Of a DNA stretch of 64,000 nucleotides, positions 46,470-57,704 are shown one piece after another (the stretch's first letter is position 1; the number at the start of each line of letters is the position of its first letter). The notes below the pieces were generated by a model. The model ran no database searches. It was not told the origin of the DNA and worked only from the letters and a program-made list of their open reading frames with translations. The position numbers and the translations under genes are program-made. Where the stretch lies: assembly GCA_944392295.1 (NCBI GenBank), contig CALXWE010000008.1, positions 12,474-76,473 on the forward strand, written 5' to 3'. The stretch comes from an uncultured Alphaproteobacteria bacterium (GTDB lineage Bacteria > Pseudomonadota > Alphaproteobacteria > RF32 > CAG-239).

Positions 46470-47606
46470 TTATTTCATATTTTCATCTATATAACGACGT
46501 ATATTATTACCAAATGTCTGGCGTACATAGGTAGTTAAATCAGATGGCTGAGGTTTAAATTTTTCGGCAGCACTCTGAGCTGATAAAATTTCTTCAATTT
46601 TCAAAGCTTGTTCGAGCATATCACGCTTGGCTGCGGCGTTAGGCGCTCCATATACCGATGCGATGTTATAAAATACGTGTGCTTGCAGCAAATTTTTAGG
46701 ATACATGGTTCCTTGAGCTAAAATATCAGCCAGTTGCATCATTGCATCAATATTTCCCTGATTAGCAGCACCTTCAAAGTAACGTACGGCGTTTCCGTAG
46801 TTTTTGGTAATACCTTGACCGTTCATATACATCAAACCCAAAACGTATTGAGCTTCATCAAGTTGTGCGTTTGAAGCAATTTTCATTAGCTCAACAGCTT
46901 TATGATAATCCTGGGGTAGTTCAAATCCTTTATAATAGGCATATCCCAGCATAAAACGCGCTGTGTTGTTACCTGCTTTTACTGCTTGTTCAAAAAGCTT
47001 TACGGCATCTTTCATATTTTCTTTATTATCACTGCTTAAATAGATAAATGCCAAATTTATGGCTGCATCATCGCTGCCGAGCTCTGCGGCTCTAGCAAAT
47101 AATTGAGCTGCTTTAACGTAATTTTTTTCTGTGCCTATTCCGCTAAAATAAAGACTTCCCAAGTTATTTAGAGCAATTTTATCATTTTGGTTAGCCGCCA
47201 TTTCATAATACTTGAAAGATTTTTTATAATCGCTTTCAACACCGTCGGTACCATATAAATACATATATCCGAGTGAAAGCTGGGCACTTAAATTACCCTC
47301 ATCGGCCTGACGGTGTAATTTTTGCAAAGGTGTTTCCTCAATTCCGTCAGGAGATTGCTTTTCGGTTGCGGCTTCCTGTTTTTCTGGAGCTGCTTTTTTG
47401 ATGAACGAAAAATTTAAAAATGAAAATATGCCTCTGTCATCGGCAACTTGTTTATCGTCTTTTTTAAGTTCTATTTCGCTTTTTTGCGAGTTATCGGCCA
47501 CAATGGGGTTTGTTTCAGTAATACCCGATACCAAATCTACGGTTTGCGCATAAACAGGAAAGCTAAAAACCAATGCCAAGCCCACAAAGATGATATTATT
47601 TTTCAT
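46470..47606 (-). CDS. Sel1-repeat (TPR-like) secreted protein
   Basis: Signal peptide MKNNIIFVGLALVFSFPVYA. At least six Sel1-type repeats with the Y.KA...(A).G...A...LG.(Y) pattern. Confidence 0.75.
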   Translation of the reverse strand: MKNNIIFVGLALVFSFPVYAQTVDLVSGITETNPIVADNSQKSEIELKKDDKQVADDRGIFSFLNFSFIKKAAPEKQEAATEKQSPDGIEETPLQKLHRQADEGNLSAQLSLGYMYLYGTDGVESDYKKSFKYYEMAANQNDKIALNNLGSLYFSGIGTEKNYVKAAQLFARAAELGSDDAAINLAFIYLSSDNKENMKDAVKLFEQAVKAGNNTARFMLGYAYYKGFELPQDYHKAVELMKIASNAQLDEAQYVLGLMYMNGQGITKNYGNAVRYFEGAANQGNIDAMMQLADILAQGTMYPKNLLQAHVFYNIASVYGAPNAAAKRDMLEQALKIEEILSAQSAAEKFKPQPSDLTTYVRQTFGNNIRRYIDENMK

Positions 47607-47745
47607 TTTTAATACCTTTCTTAAACAATTTTAGCAATCTTAAAATAAAAAAAACGTACTTTCAAGGCAAATAATGCAATAATATGATTGTAAATTTTTT
47701 TTAATCTTGTATGTTAAGGCTGAAAAATAAGAAGAGGAAATAAAA

Positions 47746-49557
47746 ATGTTTGCAGAGCCGCCGATTTATACAATGAAAGATGTCTGGTTAAGTTTTGGTC
47801 TTAATCCGCTGTTTACGGGTATTGAAATGTCTGTAAGCCGAGGTGATAAAATATGTCTGGTCGGTCGTAACGGTTCGGGAAAGTCGACACTGTTAAAAAT
47901 TATTTCCGGTCAAATAGAAGCTGAAAAAGCCGAAATTTTTATTCAGCCCGGAACCAAAATTTCGTATATGCCGCAAGAACCTGATTTTAGCGGATATCGG
48001 ACACTGCGTGAGGTTGTGCTCTCGGGGCTGGAAGCTTCAAGTGAAAATCAGGAATATAAAGCCGATATTTTAATTAAACACTTAAACATTTTAGAAAACC
48101 AAGCTCCGACAAATTGTTCCGGGGGAGAATTAAAAAAAGCGGCTTTAGCTAAAGCCTTAATATCCGAACCGGATATTTTGCTCTTAGATGAACCTACCAA
48201 CCACTTGGATATTGCTACCATTGAAAAATTGGAAGAGATTATTGCCAAATTTACGGGAGCGGTTATCGTCATAAGCCATGATAGAATGTTTTTAAATCAT
48301 GTATCACAAAAAACATTCTGGTTGGATAGGGGTGTTTTACATTCAAACAATAAAGGTTTTGCTTTTTTTGATGAATGGCAGGAGCAAATTTTAGAGCAAG
48401 AAATTATCGCCCAAAAATATCTTAACAAAAAAATCGAAGAAGAAACCGAGTGGCTGCACAAGGGTGTAACTGCTCGTCGTAAGCGTAATCAGGGACGTTT
48501 AAGAAGATTGCAGCAATTACGACAGGAACGAAGAGAGCAAATCAAACAAATCGGCTCGGTCAACTTAGAAATAGATGAAGGCGAATTACGTTCCCGTTTG
48601 GTAATTGAGGCTAAGCATATCTATAAATCGTACGGCGATCGCGAATTAGTAAAAGATTTTTCCATCAGAGTATTAAAGGGCAATCGTCTTGGCATTGTCG
48701 GACCTAACGGAGCCGGAAAAACCACTTTAATCAAATTATTAACCAAAAAGATTGAGCCTGACAGCGGTTTTGTACGTATCGGCAAAAACTTGGAAGAAGC
48801 CTATTTTGACCAAAACCGTATAACTCTTGACCCTAAAAAAACTTTATGGAAAACATTGTGCAATGAAGGCGACCATATTTGGGTAAGAGGTCACTGGCGT
48901 CATGTGGTAGCATATCTTAAAGACTTTTTATTTAAGCCCGATCAAGCCCAATGTCCGGTATCATCTTTGTCGGGCGGTGAAAAAAATCGCTTAATGCTGG
49001 CGGTGGCACTGGCAAAGGCTTCTAATTTTTTGGTATTAGATGAACCAACTAATGATTTGGATATGGATACGCTTGATTTATTACAAGAGGTTTTGGATGA
49101 ATATCAAGGTACCATTTTAATAGTAAGCCACGATCGCGACTTTATGGACAAAGTGGCAACATCTTTGCTTTATATGAAGGGCGACGGAAGCATCATTGAA
49201 CATGTCGGCAGTTATACCGAGCTTTTGGAAAAACTTAAAAATAAGCAAGAAAAAGAGGTCAAAAAGGATAAAACTTCCAAACCGGCGGTGGTCGAAGTGC
49301 AAAAGGTTAAAATTCCGACCAAACTAAGTTATAAAGATAAGCGCTTGCTTGAAGTACTACCGCAAGAAATTGCCGAATTGGAAAGTAAAATTTCTCAAAT
49401 TGAACAAACTCTGGCAATTGATGTTGATTTATATACCCGCGACCCTCAAGCATTTGATGAGCTAACTTTGCAGTTGGAAAAAAACAAACAAGCCAAAGAT
49501 GAAAAAGAAAACCTCTGGCTTGAGATACAGATTAAAGCTGATGAAATGGCCGGTTAA
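47746..49557 (+). CDS. uup: ABC-F family ATPase (Uup-like; two tandem ABC domains, no TM domain)
   Basis: Two Walker A sites (GRNGSGKST, GPNGAGKTT), two signatures (CSGGE, LSGGE), an interdomain linker and a C-terminal coiled coil. Confidence 0.85.
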   Translation: MFAEPPIYTMKDVWLSFGLNPLFTGIEMSVSRGDKICLVGRNGSGKSTLLKIISGQIEAEKAEIFIQPGTKISYMPQEPDFSGYRTLREVVLSGLEASSENQEYKADILIKHLNILENQAPTNCSGGELKKAALAKALISEPDILLLDEPTNHLDIATIEKLEEIIAKFTGAVIVISHDRMFLNHVSQKTFWLDRGVLHSNNKGFAFFDEWQEQILEQEIIAQKYLNKKIEEETEWLHKGVTARRKRNQGRLRRLQQLRQERREQIKQIGSVNLEIDEGELRSRLVIEAKHIYKSYGDRELVKDFSIRVLKGNRLGIVGPNGAGKTTLIKLLTKKIEPDSGFVRIGKNLEEAYFDQNRITLDPKKTLWKTLCNEGDHIWVRGHWRHVVAYLKDFLFKPDQAQCPVSSLSGGEKNRLMLAVALAKASNFLVLDEPTNDLDMDTLDLLQEVLDEYQGTILIVSHDRDFMDKVATSLLYMKGDGSIIEHVGSYTELLEKLKNKQEKEVKKDKTSKPAVVEVQKVKIPTKLSYKDKRLLEVLPQEIAELESKISQIEQTLAIDVDLYTRDPQAFDELTLQLEKNKQAKDEKENLWLEIQIKADEMAG

Positions 49558-49559
49558 TT

Positions 49560-52241
49560 TTAACCGGCTATTTTTTTAAGTTCGTAAAGTTTTTCCAAAG
49601 CTTCTTTAGGAGAAAGCTCATCGGGATTTATGTTATCGAGAGCCGTTTCGAGCTCTGAGGCTTTTGTATCTGTCGGTTCATCTGCCGATACCTCGGCAAA
49701 CAAAGGCAGTTCATTTTCCACCGAAGACATTTCTTTGTTTTGCGGGTTATTTTCCAAAGAATGTAAAACCTGCGAAGCCCTTTTTAATACCAGAGGCGGC
49801 AGTCCGGCCAGTTTGGCAACGTGAATACCATATGACCTGTCGGCCGTGCCGTCGATAACCTCGTGCATAAAAATGACTTCACCGTTAAATTCTTTAATTT
49901 TCATACAGTGTAAGGTCAGAGCATTAAGCTTTGAAGCCAGCACGGTAAGTTCATGATAGTGGGTAGCAAACAAAGCTCGACACTTATTAACTTCATGCAA
50001 ATGTTCGACCACTGCCCAAGCAATGGAAAGACCGTCATAAGTAGCGGTTCCTCTTCCGATTTCATCTAAAATAACAAACGAGCGAGGGGTCGACTGATTT
50101 AATATGGCGGCAGTTTCAACCATTTCGACCATAAATGTTGACCGACCGCGAGATAAGTCATCGGAAGCTCCCACGCGGGAAAATACCTTATCGATAATGC
50201 CGATATGAGCAGAAGTACAAGGTACATAAGAGCCGATTTGTGCTAAAATGGCAATAATGGCGTTTTGGCGCAAGAATGTAGATTTACCGGCCATATTCGG
50301 TCCTGTTAAAAGCCAAATGCGATTATTTTCGGCATTAAGTGAACAATCGTTACAAACAAAAGTTCCGTCATGATTTTTAGCTAAAGCGGCTTCAACCACG
50401 GGGTGTCTGCCTTCTTTAATTTCAAAGGCATATGAATCATCTAACACCGGGCGGCAATATTTTTGCTCAACGGCAATGTCGGCGTTGGCGGCTGCTACGT
50501 CAAGTTCGGCCAAAGCGGCAGCGGTTTGTGAAATATCGTCCGATACGCATAAAATATCTTGTACCAAATGTTCGTATATTTCCAGTTCCAGAGCAACGGC
50601 TTTTTCGTTTGCCGAGCTTATTTCTTTTTCCAAATCGTTTAATTCAACGGTAACAAAACGTGAAGCATTAAGCACCGATTGCCGATGAATAAATTCCGGG
50701 TTTTGTAAAACGGAAGTAGCAAACTTGGCAGGTACTTCAATAAAGTAACCCAGTACGTTGTTATAGCGAATTTTCAGGTTGCTGATTCCGGTTTGAGATA
50801 TGTATTTTTGTTCCAGTTGGCTTATTAGTTCTCTGGAGTTTTTTTGCATATTTTTTAATTCATCCAACGCGGGGTGATAACCTTCTTTTATAAAACCTCC
50901 GTCGCGAGCCAAAAGCGGCAGGTCTTCCAAGTCAATCAAAGCATTGCCTAAATTATTAACGATAACGTTAAAATCTCCGAGCTTTTGCAAAACATCGGTT
51001 AAAGCCTTTGGCAGTTCACAAAGCATTTTGTTATATTTTCCGTAGGCGTTAAGCAGATTTTTAATTTTAGGAACAAAAGATAAAGTTATGCCAAGCATTG
51101 CCAAATCTTTAGGTCCGCCTCGACCGACGCTCAAACGAGAAACGGCTCTTTCCAAATCGGCAAAGTTTTTAAAGACATCTCTTAACTGGGTTCTTATTTC
51201 GGGGATATTGATAAAAAAATCAACCAAATCGAGCCGGCGGTTAATTTCTGCAATATCAAGAGACGGATTACTCAACCGATAAGCCAGTAATCTGGCTCCG
51301 GCACCGGTAATCGTGCGGTCGATTGTGCCCAAGAGCGAATTTTTTTTATCGCCGTTTACCGATTCTAAAATTTCCAGACTGCAACGCGTGGCATTATCAA
51401 TTTGCATTGACGAACCTAAATTAAAGGCAATCGGATGTTTAACCCTTGGCATTTTGCCTCTTTGGGTGGTGTTAACATAATCAAGTATCACACCGGCAGC
51501 GGCAACTTCCGATTTTGAAAAATTACCGAAAGCCTCAAGGGTCTGAACTTTAAATACATCTTTAATGTACTGCTCGGCAGTCAAGCTGTTAAAGCGCGCT
51601 TGCGGTAAAATCGTCAATTTTTCGCGGTAAAAATTTAGCACTTCAAATAAAGACGGAGTTTGCAAACATACGTCGGAGACAATAATTTCAACGGGATTTA
51701 TCTTAGATATAAAAGCTTGCAACAAAGTTGCGGCATCGCTTTCCGTATAAACAAGCTGCTGGGTAAAAAAATCTCCCGTAGACAGGTCAAGCCAAGCAAA
51801 TCCAAAATTATTTTGCATTTTGGCACAACATAAAAGGTAGTTGTTTTTGCGAGCGTCCAACAAATTATCTTCGGTTAAAGTACCCGGCGTAACAAGCCGT
51901 ACCACATCGCGTCTAACCACCGATTTTGAGCCGCGTTTTTTAGCTTCTTCGGGGGATTCCATTTGTTCGCAAATTGCAACCTTAAAGCCTTGATGAATAA
52001 GACGAGCCAGATAATTTTCATACGCATGATAAGGCACGCCGCACATCGGAATATTTTCACCTTCGGCTTTACCGCGCTTTGTAAGAGCAATATCCAGTGC
52101 TTTTGAGGCAATTAAAGCATCATCAAAAAACAACTCGTAAAAATCACCCATGCGGTAAAATAATAAATAATCCTTATGGGCTTTTTTTATTTCCATATAT
52201 TGCGCCATTGCCGGCGTTAAATTAGCGTATTCTTTAGTCAT
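49560..52241 (-). CDS. mutS: DNA mismatch repair protein MutS
   Basis: N-terminal mismatch-binding GDFYELF, Walker [17 protein letters not shown] and HY(H)EL motifs. Confidence 0.95.
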   Translation of the reverse strand: MTKEYANLTPAMAQYMEIKKAHKDYLLFYRMGDFYELFFDDALIASKALDIALTKRGKAEGENIPMCGVPYHAYENYLARLIHQGFKVAICEQMESPEEAKKRGSKSVVRRDVVRLVTPGTLTEDNLLDARKNNYLLCCAKMQNNFGFAWLDLSTGDFFTQQLVYTESDAATLLQAFISKINPVEIIVSDVCLQTPSLFEVLNFYREKLTILPQARFNSLTAEQYIKDVFKVQTLEAFGNFSKSEVAAAGVILDYVNTTQRGKMPRVKHPIAFNLGSSMQIDNATRCSLEILESVNGDKKNSLLGTIDRTITGAGARLLAYRLSNPSLDIAEINRRLDLVDFFINIPEIRTQLRDVFKNFADLERAVSRLSVGRGGPKDLAMLGITLSFVPKIKNLLNAYGKYNKMLCELPKALTDVLQKLGDFNVIVNNLGNALIDLEDLPLLARDGGFIKEGYHPALDELKNMQKNSRELISQLEQKYISQTGISNLKIRYNNVLGYFIEVPAKFATSVLQNPEFIHRQSVLNASRFVTVELNDLEKEISSANEKAVALELEIYEHLVQDILCVSDDISQTAAALAELDVAAANADIAVEQKYCRPVLDDSYAFEIKEGRHPVVEAALAKNHDGTFVCNDCSLNAENNRIWLLTGPNMAGKSTFLRQNAIIAILAQIGSYVPCTSAHIGIIDKVFSRVGASDDLSRGRSTFMVEMVETAAILNQSTPRSFVILDEIGRGTATYDGLSIAWAVVEHLHEVNKCRALFATHYHELTVLASKLNALTLHCMKIKEFNGEVIFMHEVIDGTADRSYGIHVAKLAGLPPLVLKRASQVLHSLENNPQNKEMSSVENELPLFAEVSADEPTDTKASELETALDNINPDELSPKEALEKLYELKKIAG

Positions 52242-52345
52242 TGTCTTTATAAGAGCTCACATAATTAAATAAATTTAAACTTCTTGTATGATAAACTTTT
52301 TAGCAAAATAGTCTATAACTTTTTACAAATTATACGGGGCTTTTC

Positions 52346-53764
52346 ATGTGGTTAAAAAAAGTACGACAGTTAGACGTCGAGAGTAATTCCGGTTTTGTTA
52401 CAAGAGTGCTTATTTTATCGCTGCCGTCGGCTTTTATTTTTATTATGCTGGTAGTTTTAAATTTGTTGGAGCCTTATTGGGCATTATTGTCATATGCTTT
52501 AACGGTAATTTTTAACACCATTTTTTTAATGCCCGGAAGCTCGGAATTACAGCAGGTTAAAAATTATATTAATCGCTTAGCCTCAGATTCTGTCGGTGAT
52601 GATTGTCCTGAATTTTCGGAACAAGAAGCCAAAGATATTGCCGCTGCGGTTAATTCCATGCATAAATTTTGGCTGTATAAAACCGATGCACTGGAAGCTC
52701 AAACCATATCCGATACGGCAGTTTTAGATAGCTTGCCCGATCCGATTTTAATGATTGACCGCTCAGGCAATATTTTAGGAGCAAATTTAGCTTCCAGACA
52801 GCTTATAGACAGCAAAATTACCGATAAAAACGTTGAAGATGTTTTTGGTTCAAATAATTTTATCAATGCCGTTAATAAGGTTCTTAAAAAAGAAAGTGCG
52901 GCTGAAAGTTTGGTGTTTTACGCTCAAGGTAATCTAAATAAAAAAATGTATGCTCATATAAAGCAGCTTCCATGGTTTTCCAAAGGGCGTACAGTGGCAG
53001 TTATTTCTTTGTACGATTTGAGTAAAGCCATGACGGTTGAAAAGATGCAGTCTGACTTTGTGGCTAACGCCAGCCATGAGTTAAGAACACCGTTATCGGT
53101 TATTTCCGGTTTTATTGAAACTTTGCAAACCTCAGCCAAACATGATGAAGATGCTCGTGAAACATTTTTAAAAATTATGGCAGATCAAGCCGAATATATG
53201 TCACAACTGATTGAAAATTTATTATCGCTTTCACGGATTGAGTTATCACAAGATAAAGTTCCGAATGAAAAAACCGATGTATGCAAAATTGTTAAAGAGG
53301 TTACCGATGCATTATCGGTTAAAGCGGCGGCGCGTAATATGGATATTGACGTAAACATTGAAGATAAGATACCGACAATTATTGCCGATTCTCAGCAGGT
53401 TAAACAACTTGTTCAAAATTTGGCGGATAATGCCGTTAAATACGGAGTAAGCCCGAGCCGGATAACCATTGACATAAAACAAGTTGCACAAATTCCGCCA
53501 TCCAAAACTTTTAATGTTGCAAAAGGAAAAGCCGTAGCTATATCAGTAAACAATAAGGGACCGAAAATAAGTCCTGAAGATTTAAAAAGATTAACCGAGC
53601 GTTTTTACCGTATGCAGGCGCATAAAGACTTAAACATCAAAGGTACGGGTCTGGGGCTATCTATAGCCAAGCAGATTATCATGCGCCATAAAGGCAACTT
53701 AACGGTTAGCTCAACCGGATATAACGGTACAACATTTACGGTCTATCTGCCTATAAAGTTATAG
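52346..53764 (+). CDS. sensor histidine kinase (two TM helices, PAS-like region, HisKA + HATPase_c)
   Basis: H-box SHELRTPL, N-box, G1/G2 boxes (GTGLGLSI). No response regulator gene adjacent. Confidence 0.8.
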   Translation: MWLKKVRQLDVESNSGFVTRVLILSLPSAFIFIMLVVLNLLEPYWALLSYALTVIFNTIFLMPGSSELQQVKNYINRLASDSVGDDCPEFSEQEAKDIAAAVNSMHKFWLYKTDALEAQTISDTAVLDSLPDPILMIDRSGNILGANLASRQLIDSKITDKNVEDVFGSNNFINAVNKVLKKESAAESLVFYAQGNLNKKMYAHIKQLPWFSKGRTVAVISLYDLSKAMTVEKMQSDFVANASHELRTPLSVISGFIETLQTSAKHDEDARETFLKIMADQAEYMSQLIENLLSLSRIELSQDKVPNEKTDVCKIVKEVTDALSVKAAARNMDIDVNIEDKIPTIIADSQQVKQLVQNLADNAVKYGVSPSRITIDIKQVAQIPPSKTFNVAKGKAVAISVNNKGPKISPEDLKRLTERFYRMQAHKDLNIKGTGLGLSIAKQIIMRHKGNLTVSSTGYNGTTFTVYLPIKL

Positions 53765-53787
53765 ATTAACCATTAAACAGGTGTTTT

Positions 53788-55113
53788 ATGCAAAATGATT
53801 ACAAATCGATTTGGAAAATGAGCTATCCACTCATGATAAGTTTGCTTATTCAGCAATTAATAGGAATTACCGATGTTATTTATTTAGGACGTTTAAGTGA
53901 AGTGGCTTTAGGGGCATCGGCACTGGGCTCTACTTACTTTTTTACCATTTTTATTCTAGCTTTCGGTTTTAGTACTGGTGCGCAAATTATCATGGCTCGC
54001 CGCAACGGAGAAAAAAACTATTCTAAAATAGGTGAAGTATTTTACCAAAGCTGTTCTTTTTTATTTTTTATGGCAATAGGGATTATTGTCTTATCAAAAT
54101 TTTTTACACCTTCTTTTTTACGCCTTATTATTTCGGATAAAGAAATTTATGAAGCAGTTTTAGAATATGTTGATTGGCGTATTTGGGGTTTGATATGTGC
54201 TTCGATAGTCATTCTGATTCGTTCATTTTTTGTAAGTATTACCAACACAGCCATTTTAACGCTTATTTCCGGAGTGATGTTTTGCTCTAACATAGTACTA
54301 AATTATCTATTGATATTTGGACATTGCGGTTTTCCGCGGATGGGTATTGGCGGAGCTGCTTTAGCTTCAGATTTATCAGAGCTTATTACTCTGATGATTT
54401 GTATTGTTTATTTTTGGCGTAAGGTTGATTTAAAAAAGTATGGATTACTGCATTTCATATTTTTAAAATGGCAGTTATTATGCTCCATTTTAAGAGTATC
54501 GGCATGGACCATGTTGCAACAATTTTTTTCCATATTTACATGGTTTTTATTTTTTGTTGCCATTGAACATTTAGGCAAGCAAGAACTGGCAATATCAAAC
54601 ATTTTAAAAAGTACGGCTTCTTTACCGTATGTCGTAATTAACAGTTTTGGTGCGGTAGCTTCATCTTTAACGGCTAATCTTATCGGACAAAAGAAAAGCG
54701 AAGAAGTATTTTCTACCTGCTATCGGATTATAAAGTTATGTAGTGCCATTGTTCTGCCTATACTTTTACTTATGGTTATCGGAGTTTATCCTATACTAAG
54801 AATATACACAAATAACCAATCGCTTATTCCGATGGCCGTAAGTCCCTATATGGTTATGATAGGAAGTTTTCTTACTCTCATTCCGGGCTGGGTGCTTTTC
54901 AGCACGGTATCAGGCACGGGAAATACACGTCCTGCTTTTATAATAGAAATTGCCGCCATGTTATTTTATGTAATACATATTGTTACCGTTATAGTATGGT
55001 TGCATATGCCTTTATCTGTATGTTTGCTTGCTGATTGTGTATACAATACCTGTATTTTAATATTATCGGCGATATACCTTTATTCGGGCAAATGGAAAGG
55101 GAAAAAAGTTTAA
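53788..55113 (+). CDS. MATE-family efflux transporter
   Basis: 12 TM helices. N-terminal IWKMSYPLMISLLIQQLIGITDVIYLGRL typical of NorM/MATE. Confidence 0.8.
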   Translation: MQNDYKSIWKMSYPLMISLLIQQLIGITDVIYLGRLSEVALGASALGSTYFFTIFILAFGFSTGAQIIMARRNGEKNYSKIGEVFYQSCSFLFFMAIGIIVLSKFFTPSFLRLIISDKEIYEAVLEYVDWRIWGLICASIVILIRSFFVSITNTAILTLISGVMFCSNIVLNYLLIFGHCGFPRMGIGGAALASDLSELITLMICIVYFWRKVDLKKYGLLHFIFLKWQLLCSILRVSAWTMLQQFFSIFTWFLFFVAIEHLGKQELAISNILKSTASLPYVVINSFGAVASSLTANLIGQKKSEEVFSTCYRIIKLCSAIVLPILLLMVIGVYPILRIYTNNQSLIPMAVSPYMVMIGSFLTLIPGWVLFSTVSGTGNTRPAFIIEIAAMLFYVIHIVTVIVWLHMPLSVCLLADCVYNTCILILSAIYLYSGKWKGKKV

Positions 55114-56990
55114 TCGGCACTATCGCGTTCAAAGGCTTCTTGTATTGCCTTAAAGGTTAAAATCTGCGGTAAAATAACAAAATCATTGCCGGAGCCCAAA
55201 TATAATACATATAAGGGCACGCCGCTTCGCCCGTATTGTTTAAGAGCCTCGGTTATTGTTTCATCTTGAGCCGTCCAGTCGGCTTTGAATAATGCAATAT
55301 TGTGCTGCTTGGCAAACTGCTTAAATTGTTCGGTATCAAGCGTGGTCTTTTCGTTTAACAAGCAGGTTAAACACCACTTGGCGGTAAAATCAATAAATAC
55401 CGGCTGATTACTGTCAAGCATATTCTGTACTTGCTCTTGGCTGTAATTTTGCCAAATTTCATTGTTGATTTTAAGGGCTTTTTGCTCAGATAACTGATTA
55501 TATAATACCCAAGCCAGCCATATACAGGTTAAAAATACGGGTACGGCTAAAATTTTGTAAAATATTTCCATCCATTTACCGGGTTTAGGCATAATTTTCC
55601 GAATAGCTTTGGGATAAAGTTCAATTAAGGCAAAGGGCAGGGCATAACCTAAGCCTAAACTTAAAAATATCGGGAAATAGGTTGCGGCAGGCTGAAACAA
55701 AGCATACCCAACGGCCAAACCCATAAAAGGTCCAGTGCAGGGGCTTGCGATTAAAACGGCAAAAAATCCTGTTAAAAAGGAGTTTAATTCCGATACGCGA
55801 TTAATTTTATTAAGAGCTTCGGAGCTTAATTTAATTATGCCGAACATCATTAAGCTTATGATTATAAATAAAACAAGCATAGCTCCGACAAACCAAGGCG
55901 ATTGCAGTTGAAAACCCCAGCCCAGATTTTCACCCTGATTACGTAAGGTGTACAAAATTCCTGCAACCAATCCAAAACATAAAACAACCCCCAAAACGTA
56001 TAATAGGGCATTTTGCCAATGATTTTCTTTAGTCGTATTATGAATTAATGAAAGGGCTTTGATGCTTAAAATCGGAAATATGCAAGGCATTAAGTTTAAT
56101 AACAGCCCCCCGGCAAACGCTAACAGTAAGATATACCAAACCGAAATATTGTTACTGCTTTCATATACGTTCATCGGTAAAATGTCGTAAGCCAAAGCCT
56201 TGTTTCCATATACCAAAATACCGCTTTGTGGAATAAAATATTCATCTTCTGCATCAATAAGTATTTCTAACTTGTTGTCTTTGCTTGGTATGGATGTTTG
56301 CAAAGAAGCCGCTGAAAAAATATTTTTTTGTCGCGGAATAAAATAAACATCATCTGTGTTAGGATTAAAGTCAATATCGGGAAATAACAGAGTAAGGTTA
56401 TAATTACGGTTTTCGGCAAATGCCGGTTTGGCGGTTTTAAGCGGAAAAGTTTTTAAGGCCGTTTTATAAGTTTCATGCCACGTGGGTGATATTTCCCTGA
56501 TTGTCTCTTTGCCGGGTATTTCAATTATAAAATCGGCTTGCTCTGGTTCACATATATCTTTGCAGGCGACCCAGCTGATTGTTAAACCTATATTTTCGGT
56601 ATTTTCAGATAAGTTGCTTACGTTTAATTCAAACAAGTAGAAGGCTTCTTTCCCATAGCCGTATTGAGAAATAATATTGCCGAAAATAAACTTTTCGGGA
56701 GTTGAAGAGGTGATTTTTTTAATATCAAAGCCGGTGGGAACGTTCCACTGAAACTCGGTAGGAGTGCCGGCATCTCCGGGATTATCCCAAGAAATGTGCC
56801 AGCCGTTAAACATCTTAAAAGATACTAAAAGTTTCTGTGACTTTACCGAGCTGTCGAGTTTGGTATGTTCTTGATAAATATTAATGCCTACTTTATCGTT
56901 TTGCCAATGAATATACATTGCCGATGATAACTTTACATTTATCATCAGCAATGTACAAACAGCTATGCAAAAGAGGGCAATTTTTCTCAT
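55110..56990 (-). CDS. dsbD: thiol:disulfide interchange protein DsbD (periplasmic N-domain, TM core, C-terminal thioredoxin WCLTC)
   Basis: Signal peptide. Cys in TM1 (CIFPILS). C-terminal FTAKWCLTCLLNE thioredoxin fold. Confidence 0.8.
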   Translation of the reverse strand: MRKIALFCIAVCTLLMINVKLSSAMYIHWQNDKVGINIYQEHTKLDSSVKSQKLLVSFKMFNGWHISWDNPGDAGTPTEFQWNVPTGFDIKKITSSTPEKFIFGNIISQYGYGKEAFYLFELNVSNLSENTENIGLTISWVACKDICEPEQADFIIEIPGKETIREISPTWHETYKTALKTFPLKTAKPAFAENRNYNLTLLFPDIDFNPNTDDVYFIPRQKNIFSAASLQTSIPSKDNKLEILIDAEDEYFIPQSGILVYGNKALAYDILPMNVYESSNNISVWYILLLAFAGGLLLNLMPCIFPILSIKALSLIHNTTKENHWQNALLYVLGVVLCFGLVAGILYTLRNQGENLGWGFQLQSPWFVGAMLVLFIIISLMMFGIIKLSSEALNKINRVSELNSFLTGFFAVLIASPCTGPFMGLAVGYALFQPAATYFPIFLSLGLGYALPFALIELYPKAIRKIMPKPGKWMEIFYKILAVPVFLTCIWLAWVLYNQLSEQKALKINNEIWQNYSQEQVQNMLDSNQPVFIDFTAKWCLTCLLNEKTTLDTEQFKQFAKQHNIALFKADWTAQDETITEALKQYGRSGVPLYVLYLGSGNDFVILPQILTFKAIQEAFERDSAD

Positions 56991-57652
56991 TTGGATTTTT
57001 TATTCGATTTAAGAATTTCTAAGTTATAATAAGCACTGCTGAGCAGTAGCAACGATTTTCCCGACAACAGCAATCCGAAAAAGATGGCAAGCTGCATAAA
57101 AAATGCCGGAAACAAACACATTAAAATCAGGGCAATTGAGCTGTCGGCATTTTGCAAAGTTCCCCACATACAAACATTAGCCTTAGAGGCATTTAATTCT
57201 TTAAAAGATTTTTCCGAAGTAATGGCTAAGCCCAAAAGCGCGGCAACCGAAATTAACAAAGTAACAAGTAAGAAAGCTCCGGCCGCACCGTTATCTTCAT
57301 TATTTGCCAAGATAAATCCGAAAACAAACAAGGCATATGAAGTATAATCGGCAAAGATATCAAAAAAAGCTCCGAAAGGGGTAACCTGTTTTTGTCTTGC
57401 ACAAATACCGTCTAAAATATCGCACAAGCGATTAAGCAGCAAACAAACAAAAGCGCTGAAATAAGCCTCCATGGCCAAAAAATTTAATCCGAGTGCGGCA
57501 AAGATTAATCCTCCCAGAGTTATGAGGTTAGGGCTTACATTATTTTTAGCAAGCCAAGAAGCGGTGTTTCCCAATTGCTTTTCAACTTTACCCCAATAAT
57601 TATTTTGAGTAAATTTTTCAAAAAAACTACTTATCATTTTGCGGTATTCCAT
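56987..57652 (-). CDS. CDP-alcohol phosphatidyltransferase family protein
   Basis: DILDGICARQKQVTPFGAFFDIFADYTSY matches the D-G-x2-A-R-x8-G-x3-D-x3-D signature. Multi-TM protein. Confidence 0.75.
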   Translation of the reverse strand: MEYRKMISSFFEKFTQNNYWGKVEKQLGNTASWLAKNNVSPNLITLGGLIFAALGLNFLAMEAYFSAFVCLLLNRLCDILDGICARQKQVTPFGAFFDIFADYTSYALFVFGFILANNEDNGAAGAFLLVTLLISVAALLGLAITSEKSFKELNASKANVCMWGTLQNADSSIALILMCLFPAFFMQLAIFFGLLLSGKSLLLLSSAYYNLEILKSNKKSK

Positions 57653-57704
57653 TTACTTTCTCCTGTTTAAATTACTCTCAATATGATTATCGTTAGCGTT
57701 AATT

